From assembly GCA_963674745.2 (NCBI GenBank), contig CAXXDV010000003.1, forward strand, positions 896,001 through 960,000: 64,000 nt of DNA, given 5' to 3'. The number at the start of each line of letters is the position of its first letter. The stretch's first letter is position 1. Source of the DNA: Desulfosudaceae bacterium (GTDB lineage: Bacteria; Desulfobacterota; Desulfobacteria; Desulfobacterales; Desulfosudaceae). Under the pieces are notes generated by a model. It searched no databases. It was not told where the DNA came from and was given only the letters and a program-made list of their open reading frames with translations. Of the stretch, positions 38,170 through 47,513 are shown piece after piece. Position numbers and translations under genes: made by a program.

Positions 38170-39228
38170 TTATTTTTTTGCTTGTTTCAACCTGGAAACA
38201 GCATGTGGTAATATTACTTCTGCAGTTAAACGGCATCCCTCTTCATTGGCATGAATATGATCAATATATAATGGTAAGTTCGCGTCGATAAAGGGGGTGA
38301 TCAGATTGACACAATCGATATGTTCTTGCGCACAAATTCTGGTGGTATTCGTTTGATAACTCAAAAACCGATTTAACCGGTTGGCAATCTGGATCTGGTA
38401 AGGCCAGATAATATAGATAAAACCTATGTTTTTCTGGTCGCAAAGACGTTTCATTTCTTTGATTGTTTCCTGATATTCCGTCCCGGAAAGCCTGTAACCG
38501 GGGTTGTTACCTTTTAAGTAGTGCCGTATCGCATAGAGAACATTCTGGAAAGCTTGACGGGATAAATAATACAACCGGCTGTCTTTTAATAATGGTTCCT
38601 GTTGCGCAATGTCCATCCGGCGTGCGACTTCAATGTCGGACAATCCGTCCCAGTATTCATGGTCACCAAAACCGAAGCACGCAATTACCAGGTCTGGATT
38701 GAGATTTTCCCGATTTTTTTCGAGGAACCTTTTACCTTGAAATGCTGAATAACCGGGCACACCGGCATTAACAACAGTTGCTTTCACACCCTGTTGATTG
38801 AGCAGTAATTGCAATTGCGCCGGCCATGAATCACCGTCATTAACGCCTAGGCCAAACGTGCAGGAATCGCCGAGGGCTAAAACGATTTTCCCTTCTTTGT
38901 CAGGTGAACTCGCCGGTGACCTTAAATGATTATTCGTTGTTACAGAAAAACACAGTTGTTTCCCAAATACATGGCCTTTAATATGAAAGCGTTTCAGGTC
39001 CTTTTTCAGTCGCCAGAAGAGAAAAGGGTCAAACTCAATTGCTTCGTTTAACTCAGATAAGCCGACAAAATCAACCGTTTTCATGTTCTGCTCAAGCATC
39101 CATGAAAGCTGTTTTGGTTCGCCGTAAAATCTGGCAAAAAGTTCTCCTAGTGAAAGGGTTATGAACAGTACCAGAAACCATTGAAGGACTTTTTGCCAGA
39201 ACGCTTTTCTAGTATGGATTATTGACAT
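38170..39228 (-). CDS. SGNH/GDSL hydrolase with N-terminal membrane anchor
   Basis: LGDSCTFG, NAGVPGYS, DHIHAN; visibly AT-richer than its neighbours. Confidence 0.85.
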   Translation of the reverse strand: MSIIHTRKAFWQKVLQWFLVLFITLSLGELFARFYGEPKQLSWMLEQNMKTVDFVGLSELNEAIEFDPFLFWRLKKDLKRFHIKGHVFGKQLCFSVTTNNHLRSPASSPDKEGKIVLALGDSCTFGLGVNDGDSWPAQLQLLLNQQGVKATVVNAGVPGYSAFQGKRFLEKNRENLNPDLVIACFGFGDHEYWDGLSDIEVARRMDIAQQEPLLKDSRLYYLSRQAFQNVLYAIRHYLKGNNPGYRLSGTEYQETIKEMKRLCDQKNIGFIYIIWPYQIQIANRLNRFLSYQTNTTRICAQEHIDCVNLITPFIDANLPLYIDHIHANEEGCRLTAEVILPHAVSRLKQAKK

Positions 39229-39387
39229 CGCAGTCCGGTTCCGATGGACATATTCAGTGTTTATGTTTATTCAATCCAAACTCTATCGAGTCTATGTTTG
39301 ATACTTTTTATTGCCAAGCGCTTTCATTTTTGAACGGTTATTTTAAAATTCGTTTTTAGACACTAATGCGTCATGAACAACGAAGAG

Positions 39388-40863
39388 TCATTCCTTAAGA
39401 TCAAACAGCGCCCAATTATCATCGACATACAACAAGCGGACTCCAGGAGTAGCGTTAAGCTGTAACAGCAGGAGATGATTTTTCGGTTCGTTACTGCCGA
39501 TCAGAAAATCAGATCCGAACCTGGAACGAATTATTTCGGCAGCGTCCGGTGGGGGGCGGAAGATCAGCTGTTTCCACAGGGAATAGCGTTCGGGATCTTT
39601 TGCGGAAAAAAAAGTAGGATCAAGCGCCACCAAAAAATATCTGTCCGGCAACTCCAGCATGAACCTTCCTGTTCGATCCCATTCAGTGGTGAAGATATGT
39701 GCCCCGACAGGGATTTGGCTGCGCATTACCTTTGCCAGCATAGGCGAAACTTCATCTTGTCTGGTTGCCAACGAGGAAACGATCCAGGGCGATGCCTTTA
39801 CGCCAAACAGCAAAGAACATGCGATTGATAAGATCATCAACGTTTGAGGAAGATAGTGCCATTGTATACGACGTGATGCCAGCGCCATGGTGACGACCGA
39901 GAATGGAGTGAAATAGTCGGCGAACTTTCCCGACCTAAGCGTGAGTATAGCAAAAATCAGGGTTGCCACTGCAAACGCTAGGGTTGTATCATCATGCCGC
40001 CGGTCGCGCCAAGCAACAATACTACCGCTGATCCCCATAACTACCGTTGCCGGCATCCAGGCCAACCACTGTGACCATGAAAAAGCGTGTAGCTCCATAC
40101 CCATGATCATCCTGTCATGCCCGCCCAAGGTGTTTTTGACAAACATTTCCATCATATTGACCCAGCTGATACCTAAAAGATTGACGGAATTGGGGTGAAG
40201 CATCACTCCAACCGATATGCCCAATGTTACTGTCGTGGCCGGTTTCCAGCGCAACTGTCTTCCGGAAAACAGTCGTGCCGCCTCAGCGCTGAAAAGAACA
40301 ATAGCCGGAAGTTGCCAGAATGCCACATAAATCCATGGAAACAGCAACGCAACGATACCCAAAATTGCATGGCGCTGCTTTGCGGCAGCCCATAGCATGA
40401 TAACGGTCAGGCCGATGACCAGAACATACGGCCGCACAACAGCCATTCGAAGTAGAAAAAGAGTTGAAGCGGTCAATGGCAGAAATGCCCAGAGCCCCGG
40501 ATTCCAGACATCTTCGGTACGGAGAACCAGGTAGAAAGAAAAAAGAGTCAAGGTTGTCGCTATTGCGCCGATTATTTTCGACGCGGTCACCCAATTAAAG
40601 CGATTAAGTGGTACAAACAACAGGTGAAAAAGCAGTTCCTTATCCGCATAGTTATCATTAAGCCAACTGAATTCTGTCCAGGGAAAAGAGTGAAGGATAC
40701 CGTGTTGTGCGATCAGGCGTCCGACAGCAACATGGTAGGCGGTATCATCGTCAAACGGTACCGCAGTATAGCACTGCAGAGCAGAAGCAACAGATATGAA
40801 CAGCACCAGCCACAGAACTACCGGATAAATCGATTTTGATTTCGTGCCGGGATGTTTATTCAT
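39388..40863 (-). CDS. Polytopic membrane protein, possibly a GT-C fold glycosyltransferase
   Basis: Many hydrophobic segments; PFDDDTAYH acidic motif after the first TM helix. Confidence 0.6.
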   Translation of the reverse strand: MNKHPGTKSKSIYPVVLWLVLFISVASALQCYTAVPFDDDTAYHVAVGRLIAQHGILHSFPWTEFSWLNDNYADKELLFHLLFVPLNRFNWVTASKIIGAIATTLTLFSFYLVLRTEDVWNPGLWAFLPLTASTLFLLRMAVVRPYVLVIGLTVIMLWAAAKQRHAILGIVALLFPWIYVAFWQLPAIVLFSAEAARLFSGRQLRWKPATTVTLGISVGVMLHPNSVNLLGISWVNMMEMFVKNTLGGHDRMIMGMELHAFSWSQWLAWMPATVVMGISGSIVAWRDRRHDDTTLAFAVATLIFAILTLRSGKFADYFTPFSVVTMALASRRIQWHYLPQTLMILSIACSLLFGVKASPWIVSSLATRQDEVSPMLAKVMRSQIPVGAHIFTTEWDRTGRFMLELPDRYFLVALDPTFFSAKDPERYSLWKQLIFRPPPDAAEIIRSRFGSDFLIGSNEPKNHLLLLQLNATPGVRLLYVDDNWALFDLKE

Positions 40864-41530
40864 TCCGATCTTCTTGTCTTTTTAAAAAAGACGATATATT
40901 CAAGTCCTGCTCTGACTGATGTTATTCACCAACTTTCCGCCTTGTCACCTTCTTAGCTCTCGATGAAAATCATTCATAGATCGTATTGATTTTAGAAACA
41001 TATCATGAAGTAGCGGCCTGCTCAAATATATTTCATGTTTCATTGTCTGCAATACTTTCATGCAGATCGCTAACGATTGATGCTATTACGTTAACAGTAC
41101 GCGCTAATGAATACGCCAATATTTTTACTTGTCGTAAAAGGCTTTAATATCAATGCGCATCACGCACCAGGCGGATATAATTAAAAACACACTTTTGTTC
41201 AACTTTTCAAATCGTTCATACCAGCCCAAAAAACCTGTTTGCATCATTACTTTTTTCTTCTCAATCCCTCTATTTGTTGAGGATTATTATAATATATGAT
41301 GGATTTTATGAACATTAATAACCGATCAATATTTTAGAGAAATCCTTTATTCTTCACCAAGGCGCATTATTTAATTCGTTACAGAATGCGTGCGAAATAC
41401 GTAACCATGAATCCGGTTAAACTCAACCCTGCGGTTGTCCGATGCCTCAGCCATACGTTGATCTGATTCCCATCCAAACGCTCACATTTTAACGAGAGCG
41501 TCAATTTCTTCGGGTGCCCGTAAAAAATCC

Positions 41531-41579
41531 TTGACAGGTCGTATCCATAGGGTTAATAATTTCTCCATCAAATGATGGA
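41531..41579 (+). promoter_or_regulatory. Promoter -35 box and TetR operator candidate
   Basis: TTGACA 41531-41536; palindrome TCCATCA-AA-TGATGGA 41564-41579. Confidence 0.5.
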
Positions 41580-41674
41580 AGCATAGGTTTGGATACGGCT
41601 TATGGAAACAATCGTTGAGTTTTTTGCAGTCCTGTCAAACGGCGTTTTATGTAACGATAATCGGAGACAACCAC

Positions 41675-42316
41675 ATGCCGACAACGCTTGAAAAAGCCCT
41701 CTCAAATCCGGATTCAATGAAAGCCCGGATTTTTGCCTCCGCCCAGAAGCTTTTCGCAGAATACGGTTTCGACGGTACCACCACCCGCATGATTGCCAAG
41801 GACGTGGGGATTGATATCTCCACACTTTATTACCACTGGGGCGAAAAAAAAGAACTCTACCTGGCGGTGCTTGAAAATTTCAATAATGACATTGATCTGA
41901 AATTAAAAGAGGTCGAATCCATTGTTCACGGCACATCATTGAATACCCGGCTGGAAATCGCCATCGATGAGATGTGTGATTATCTTTTTAATAATGTTGA
42001 TGTCACCCGGTTGATCCTTTTCAGTTCTTTTATGCGTTCAAGGGAAACCGACGACCTGGGAGTGGCCATTTCGGATTATATTTCAAATATCGCTGTCTCC
42101 ATGGGGCTGGCCATGGATAAAAGCAGCATCACTTCTACCGCCAAGGCCAGGGTCATGGCAATGGTTTTATCTCTTTTCAGCTTCACCTCCGGTGAACCGT
42201 TTTTGCGCCCCGTACTTGGCGTGGAGAAGGTTCAATATATTGATATAATTAAAGATACACTTAAATTTATTATGATACCCGCGTTTACGCAGGGCGGGCA
42301 TGAGAAGAAACAATAA
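41675..42316 (+). CDS. TetR/AcrR family transcriptional regulator
   Basis: LFAEYGFDGTTTRMIAKDVGIDISTLYYHWGEKKELY; GGAG RBS. Confidence 0.92.
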   Translation: MPTTLEKALSNPDSMKARIFASAQKLFAEYGFDGTTTRMIAKDVGIDISTLYYHWGEKKELYLAVLENFNNDIDLKLKEVESIVHGTSLNTRLEIAIDEMCDYLFNNVDVTRLILFSSFMRSRETDDLGVAISDYISNIAVSMGLAMDKSSITSTAKARVMAMVLSLFSFTSGEPFLRPVLGVEKVQYIDIIKDTLKFIMIPAFTQGGHEKKQ

Positions 42317-42564
42317 CAGGTAAAAAGGTGGCGACCGGTTTGAAGCTAAAGATATTCGCAAATTCCGGTCGTCATCACGTACGAACAATTAACAGATCGG
42401 AAAACAGTTACGGCATGTTCGAAAAAAGGGGGTGAGTTTTTCAACTGGAAGTCCAGGTGAACTGGCGTTTGACGTAAAGGCACGTCATGGTTTTATTTTC
42501 AGTTTGCATGGTCGACAGAAAAGAGAATGCTGGGTTAAATAACCATTTAATTAGGAGGTACGTT

Positions 42565-44697
42565 ATGGCGTTAAAGTTGGATGCCGTGGGAAAAAAGCTG
42601 GACCCGGTAACCAGGGAATACACCTGGAAAGACGCGGTGCTTTACGCGCTGGGTGTGGGAGCCGGCTTTTCAGAACTTGAATATTGCTATGAAAAAGAGC
42701 TGAAGGTCATTCCCAGTTTTTCCATTGCGGCGATTTTTGATTTTCTGGCTCAGATCGCGGTGGAAACGAATCTTAATCTGGCCGGGCTTCTTCATGCCGA
42801 GCAGGAGCTGATTTTTCATAATCCCATTCCCGTCAAGGGCAGCCTGAAGAGCGAGGGGCAGGTCACTCACATGTATGATAAGGGCGACAAAGGTGCCATT
42901 ATCATCGGCGAAAGCGAGACCTATCATTCCAGCGGCGAAAAGCTGTTCACCAGTATTGTTACCCTGTTTGCCCGGTTTGACGGCAATTTCGGCGGTGAAA
43001 ACGCGCCCAAGAATCCGGTCGTGATCCCGGATCGCGAGCCGGATATCGAGGAAGAGGCGCAGACATCAGAGGATCAACCGCTGTTGTATCGTCTTTCCGG
43101 TGATATCAACCCGCTGCATGTGGACAAAGATTTTGCCAAGATGGCAGGGTTTGAAAAACCGATTCTGCATGGATTGTGTACCCATGGTTTTGCCTGCCGG
43201 ATGCTGATAAAGAACCTGATTCCCGGTGAACCTGAAAAAGCCCGCCGTATGGCCAACCGGTTTTCCCGTCCGCTCATGCCCGGTGACCCCATCAAGCTTC
43301 AGATATGGAAAGAAGGCGAGGGGCTGGCTTACTGGCGGGTGGTCAATCCCAAGACCGGCGATACCGTCATTGACCTGGGTGTTTTTGAATATGGCGATAT
43401 CCCTAAAGACGAAATCCGGTTTGACGACCGGGTGGCCATTATCACCGGTGCCGGTGGCGGTTTGGGACGGACATACGCCCTGGAATTGGCCAAACGCGGT
43501 GCTAAAGTGGTCGTAAACGATTTGGGCGGCGCCCGCGACGGCTCAGGAAAAGGATCATCATCAGCCGCCGACAAGGTGGTCAAAGAAATCCAGAAAGCCG
43601 GTGGCGAGGCGGTTGCCAATTATGACAACGTGGCCACGGCCAAGGGCGGCGAAAATATCGTCAAGTCCGCCGTAAAAGCCTTTGGCAAGGTCGATATTGT
43701 CATTAATAACGCCGGTATTCTGCGCGACAAAAGTTTTCTTAAAATGGAACCGGAAAACTGGTCCGCGGTCATGGCCGTGCATCTTCAAGGGGCTTACAAC
43801 GTCACCCGTCCGGCTTTTAAGATCATGAAAGAAAACGGTTACGGCCGAATCATCATGACCACTTCGGCCGCCGGACTGTACGGTAATTTCGGCCAGACCA
43901 ATTATTCATCGGCCAAAATGGCCCTGGTCGGGTTTATGAACACCCTCAAGCTGGAAGGCGGGAAGTACGATATCAAGATCAATACCATTGCGCCCATTGC
44001 TGCTTCCCGGCTGACCGAAGATATCATGCCACCCGATATATTCGCCAAAATGGATCCCGAATATGTCAGCGCCATGGCGCTTTACCTGTGCAGTGAGCGT
44101 TGTCCTGTCAATGGTAATATTTACAACGCCGGTATGGGCTTTTTCAATCGGGCGGCTGTTATAACCGGTCCCGGCGCGGTGCTGGCCGACGGTGAGGATG
44201 GATTTCCGTCAGCGGAAGACGTTCGCGACAATCTGCGCCAGATTTCTTCTTTGAAGAACGGTAAACCCTACTATCAACTGAATGATCAGGTCGGCGATGT
44301 TATGACCGCCCTGATGAACCCGCCTTCAGCCGATGCCGGTGATGCTGCGGCTCCCCAGGCGGAGGCCCCGGCAGCCGCGGGATCGGTTAAGGACTATTTC
44401 GCTTCCATGAACGACCATTTCGTGAAAGAGGCGGCTGCGGGTGTTGACGTTATTTTTAATTTCCTGATTTCCGGTGGCGGTGGTGGTGACTGGCACTGCA
44501 TCATCAAGGACCAGACCTGCACGGTGAAAACCGGTGCAGCCGGCAAGGCCACCTGCACCATTAAAATGGCGGACGGCGATTTTCTTGACATGATGTCCGG
44601 CAAGCTGGCGCCCATGGCGGCCTATTCATCGGGCAAGCTGGTTATTGAGGGAGATGTCATGAAATCGCAGCTGATTGAAAAAGTGTTTAAACAATAA
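42565..44697 (+). CDS. MaoC-type hydratase-2 / SDR hydroxyacyl-CoA dehydrogenase / SCP2 fusion (MFE-2-like, permuted)
   Basis: LYALGVG, YRLSGDINPLH...PILHGLCT hydratase-2 motif; TGAGGGLG, NNAGILRD, GNFGQTNYSSAK; C-terminal SCP2 (AYSSGKLVIEGDVMKSQ); AGGAGG RBS. Confidence 0.9.
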   Translation: MALKLDAVGKKLDPVTREYTWKDAVLYALGVGAGFSELEYCYEKELKVIPSFSIAAIFDFLAQIAVETNLNLAGLLHAEQELIFHNPIPVKGSLKSEGQVTHMYDKGDKGAIIIGESETYHSSGEKLFTSIVTLFARFDGNFGGENAPKNPVVIPDREPDIEEEAQTSEDQPLLYRLSGDINPLHVDKDFAKMAGFEKPILHGLCTHGFACRMLIKNLIPGEPEKARRMANRFSRPLMPGDPIKLQIWKEGEGLAYWRVVNPKTGDTVIDLGVFEYGDIPKDEIRFDDRVAIITGAGGGLGRTYALELAKRGAKVVVNDLGGARDGSGKGSSSAADKVVKEIQKAGGEAVANYDNVATAKGGENIVKSAVKAFGKVDIVINNAGILRDKSFLKMEPENWSAVMAVHLQGAYNVTRPAFKIMKENGYGRIIMTTSAAGLYGNFGQTNYSSAKMALVGFMNTLKLEGGKYDIKINTIAPIAASRLTEDIMPPDIFAKMDPEYVSAMALYLCSERCPVNGNIYNAGMGFFNRAAVITGPGAVLADGEDGFPSAEDVRDNLRQISSLKNGKPYYQLNDQVGDVMTALMNPPSADAGDAAAPQAEAPAAAGSVKDYFASMNDHFVKEAAAGVDVIFNFLISGGGGGDWHCIIKDQTCTVKTGAAGKATCTIKMADGDFLDMMSGKLAPMAAYSSGKLVIEGDVMKSQLIEKVFKQ

Positions 44698-44762
44698 CAC
44701 CTGTCGCTGAATAAAAATATAATATTTACGACAACCGGAAACAAGATAAGGAGATATATAAA

Positions 44763-47498
44763 ATGATTGGTATTACTTCTTATGGCGCATTTGTTCCGCG
44801 TTACCGACTAAGCCGCAGTTCCATTTTCCAGACCATGGGATGGTTTGCCCCGGCGATCATGATGGTCGCCCAGGGTGAACGGTCCATGTGTAACTGGGAT
44901 GAGGATCCGATTACCATGGCGGTCGGCGCGGGACGGGATTGCTTGACAGAATATGATAAACAACAGATTGACGGTTTGTACCTGGCCTCGACCAGCCTTC
45001 CGTTTATTGACCGGCAGAACGCCGGCATTGTATCTACGGCGTTGAACTTGAGCGAACATATGGCCACCGCCGACTTCACCTCTTCCCAGCGGGCCGGCAC
45101 CTCGGCGCTGATTCACGCTGTGGAATCGGTCAAGAGCAAGGAAAAAAACAATGTGATGGTCATCGGCACCGATGCCCGGGAAACCAAGCCTGCCTATTTT
45201 TATGAAATGTGGTATGGCGACGGCGCCGCCGCTGTAACGATCGGCTCCAAAGACGTTGTCGCGGAATACAAGGGGTCGTTTACGTTGACCCGCGATTTTG
45301 TGGACCATTATAAAGGCAAAGGCCGGCGTTTTGATTATTTCTGGGAAGAGCGCTGGGTAAGGGATGAAGGCTTTTCCAAGATCATTCCCGAAGCCGTGAA
45401 CGGCCTGTTCGAGAAAATCGGGATGACCGGCGACAAGGTCGACAAGTTTGTATTCCCCTGCTTTTTTGCCAAAGACCGGAAAAAGATCGCCAAGCTGTGC
45501 GGTATTGATCCGTCCAAGATCACCGATCCGCTGCACGAGGTCTGCGGTGACACCGGCGCAGCCCATGCGCTGCTGATGCTGGCCGCGGCCCTTGATGACG
45601 CCAAAGCAGGCGACGTTATTGTTGTGGCTGGTTTCGGACAGGGTTGTGACGCGCTGTGTTTCAAGGTAACCAAAAATATTGCCAACCTGGCGCCCAGAGA
45701 CGGCGCTCGCGGCACCCTGGAGAACAAACTTTCCATTGATAATTATGCCAAATTCCTGGTTTTCCGTCAGTTGATCGAACCGGATATGGGTATTCGGGCG
45801 GAAGCGCCGCTGCAGACGGCCACAACGGCTCTGTATCGGAACCGGAAAATGTTGCTTGGTCTGGTGGGCGGCAAGTGCCGGGAATGCGGTACACCGCAGT
45901 TTCCCAAGACCCAGGTCTGCGTTAACCCTCACTGCGGGGCCATGCACAGCCAGGATGATTATGAATTCGCCGGTCAGCCGGCCAAGGTCAAGACGTTTAC
46001 CGGTGACATGCTGTCGGTCAGTGTGGATCCGCCCAATATTTACGGTATGGTCCAATTTGACAACGGCGGCCGGATGATGGCCGACTTTACGGATTGCAGC
46101 ATTGACGATGTCAAGGTCGGCCTGCCGGTGGAAATGGTTTTCCGTCGACGGGTGGTCGATCCGGAACGCAAGTTCTCGTCTTACTTCTGGAAAGCCAAAC
46201 CCATGGCCGGTGCCATGGATGAAATGGACAAGCTTACCCTGGACGGTCGTGTAGCGGTTATTACCGGTGCCGGCGGCGGTCTGGGCCGGGCCTATGCCCT
46301 GGAATTCGCCCGACGCGGTGCCAAAGTGGTGGTTAATGACCTGGGCGGCGCCCGTGACGGTTCGGGTAAGGGATCAAAGTCTCCGGCTGAAGTGGTCGTC
46401 AAGGAGATCGAGGACCTGGGCGGTGAGGCCATTGCCAATTACGACAACGTGGCGACGGCCAAAGGTGGTGAAAATATCATCAAGGCTGCGGTCAAGGCCT
46501 TCGGTACCGTGGATATCGTCGTCAATAATGCCGGTATTCTCAGGGACAAGAGCTTCCTGAAGATGGAACCGGACAATTGGGACGCTGTTCTGGCGGTGCA
46601 CCTTACCGGTGCCTATAACGTCACCCGGCCGGCCTTTGCGATTATGAAGGAAAACGGATTCGGTCGTATTATTATGACCACGTCTGCAGCCGGTCTTTAC
46701 GGCAACTTCGGTCAGACCAACTACTCCTCGGCCAAGATGGCCCTGGTGGGTTTCATGAATACCCTTAAACTGGAAGGGGGCAAGTACAATATCAAGGTCA
46801 ACACGATTGCGCCGCTGGCCGCTTCCCGGCTGACCGAAGACATTATGCCGCCGGAAATTTTTGAAAAAATGAAACCGGAATATGTGGTACCGCTGGTGAC
46901 CTATCTGGCCAGCGAGGAATGCGAGCCCTCCGGAAACATTTTTAATGCCGGTATGGGGTATTACAACCGTGCCGCCATAATGACCGGCAACACCGTCCAG
47001 ATCGGCGATAATGACAATCTGCCAACGCCGGAGGACATTCATAAAAACTGGGATGCCATCAACAGCCTGGAAGGCGCCAAGGAATTGTCCGATCTGAATA
47101 CGGCCATGATGGACCTGCTGTCAGGACCCCAGTCCGGTGCTTCGGATGACGCCCAGCCGGCTGCTGGTGCCGGGGATGTCACCCCCCAGGCGGTTTTTGA
47201 TATGATGCCCAGCGTCTTCAAGCCTGACGCTGCGGCCGGCGTTGATGTGGTCTTCCAATACTGTATTTCCGGGCCCACCGGAGGTGACTGGAACGTCACG
47301 GTTAAAGACCAGGCATGTCAGGTCGCACAGGGCAAGGCCGCTAAACCGACCTGTACCATCAAGATGGCCGACGATAAGTTTATCCTGATGGTTACCGGCA
47401 AGTTGAACCCCATGAAGGCGTTCTCTTCAGGTGATCTGGTCATAGAAGGCGATGTAATGAAATCTCAGCTTCTTGAAAAGCTGTTTACCTTAAACTAG
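44763..47498 (+). CDS. Four-domain fusion: HMG-CoA-synthase-like (catalytic residues absent) / DUF35 Zn-ribbon-OB-fold / SDR / SCP2
   Basis: GITSYGAFVPRYRL, DEDPITMAV, GDGAAA, GDTGAAH, GFGQG; CRECG...CVNPHC and YFWKA; second SDR and SCP2 as in the upstream gene. Confidence 0.88.
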   Translation: MIGITSYGAFVPRYRLSRSSIFQTMGWFAPAIMMVAQGERSMCNWDEDPITMAVGAGRDCLTEYDKQQIDGLYLASTSLPFIDRQNAGIVSTALNLSEHMATADFTSSQRAGTSALIHAVESVKSKEKNNVMVIGTDARETKPAYFYEMWYGDGAAAVTIGSKDVVAEYKGSFTLTRDFVDHYKGKGRRFDYFWEERWVRDEGFSKIIPEAVNGLFEKIGMTGDKVDKFVFPCFFAKDRKKIAKLCGIDPSKITDPLHEVCGDTGAAHALLMLAAALDDAKAGDVIVVAGFGQGCDALCFKVTKNIANLAPRDGARGTLENKLSIDNYAKFLVFRQLIEPDMGIRAEAPLQTATTALYRNRKMLLGLVGGKCRECGTPQFPKTQVCVNPHCGAMHSQDDYEFAGQPAKVKTFTGDMLSVSVDPPNIYGMVQFDNGGRMMADFTDCSIDDVKVGLPVEMVFRRRVVDPERKFSSYFWKAKPMAGAMDEMDKLTLDGRVAVITGAGGGLGRAYALEFARRGAKVVVNDLGGARDGSGKGSKSPAEVVVKEIEDLGGEAIANYDNVATAKGGENIIKAAVKAFGTVDIVVNNAGILRDKSFLKMEPDNWDAVLAVHLTGAYNVTRPAFAIMKENGFGRIIMTTSAAGLYGNFGQTNYSSAKMALVGFMNTLKLEGGKYNIKVNTIAPLAASRLTEDIMPPEIFEKMKPEYVVPLVTYLASEECEPSGNIFNAGMGYYNRAAIMTGNTVQIGDNDNLPTPEDIHKNWDAINSLEGAKELSDLNTAMMDLLSGPQSGASDDAQPAAGAGDVTPQAVFDMMPSVFKPDAAAGVDVVFQYCISGPTGGDWNVTVKDQACQVAQGKAAKPTCTIKMADDKFILMVTGKLNPMKAFSSGDLVIEGDVMKSQLLEKLFTLN

Positions 47499-47513
47499 AA
47501 GGAGGGTGAACAA

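Noticed and set aside
40864..41520. Possible ncRNA in the long intergenic region
   Set aside because: I could not recognise any tRNA, riboswitch or known ncRNA structure; an Rfam scan would be needed.
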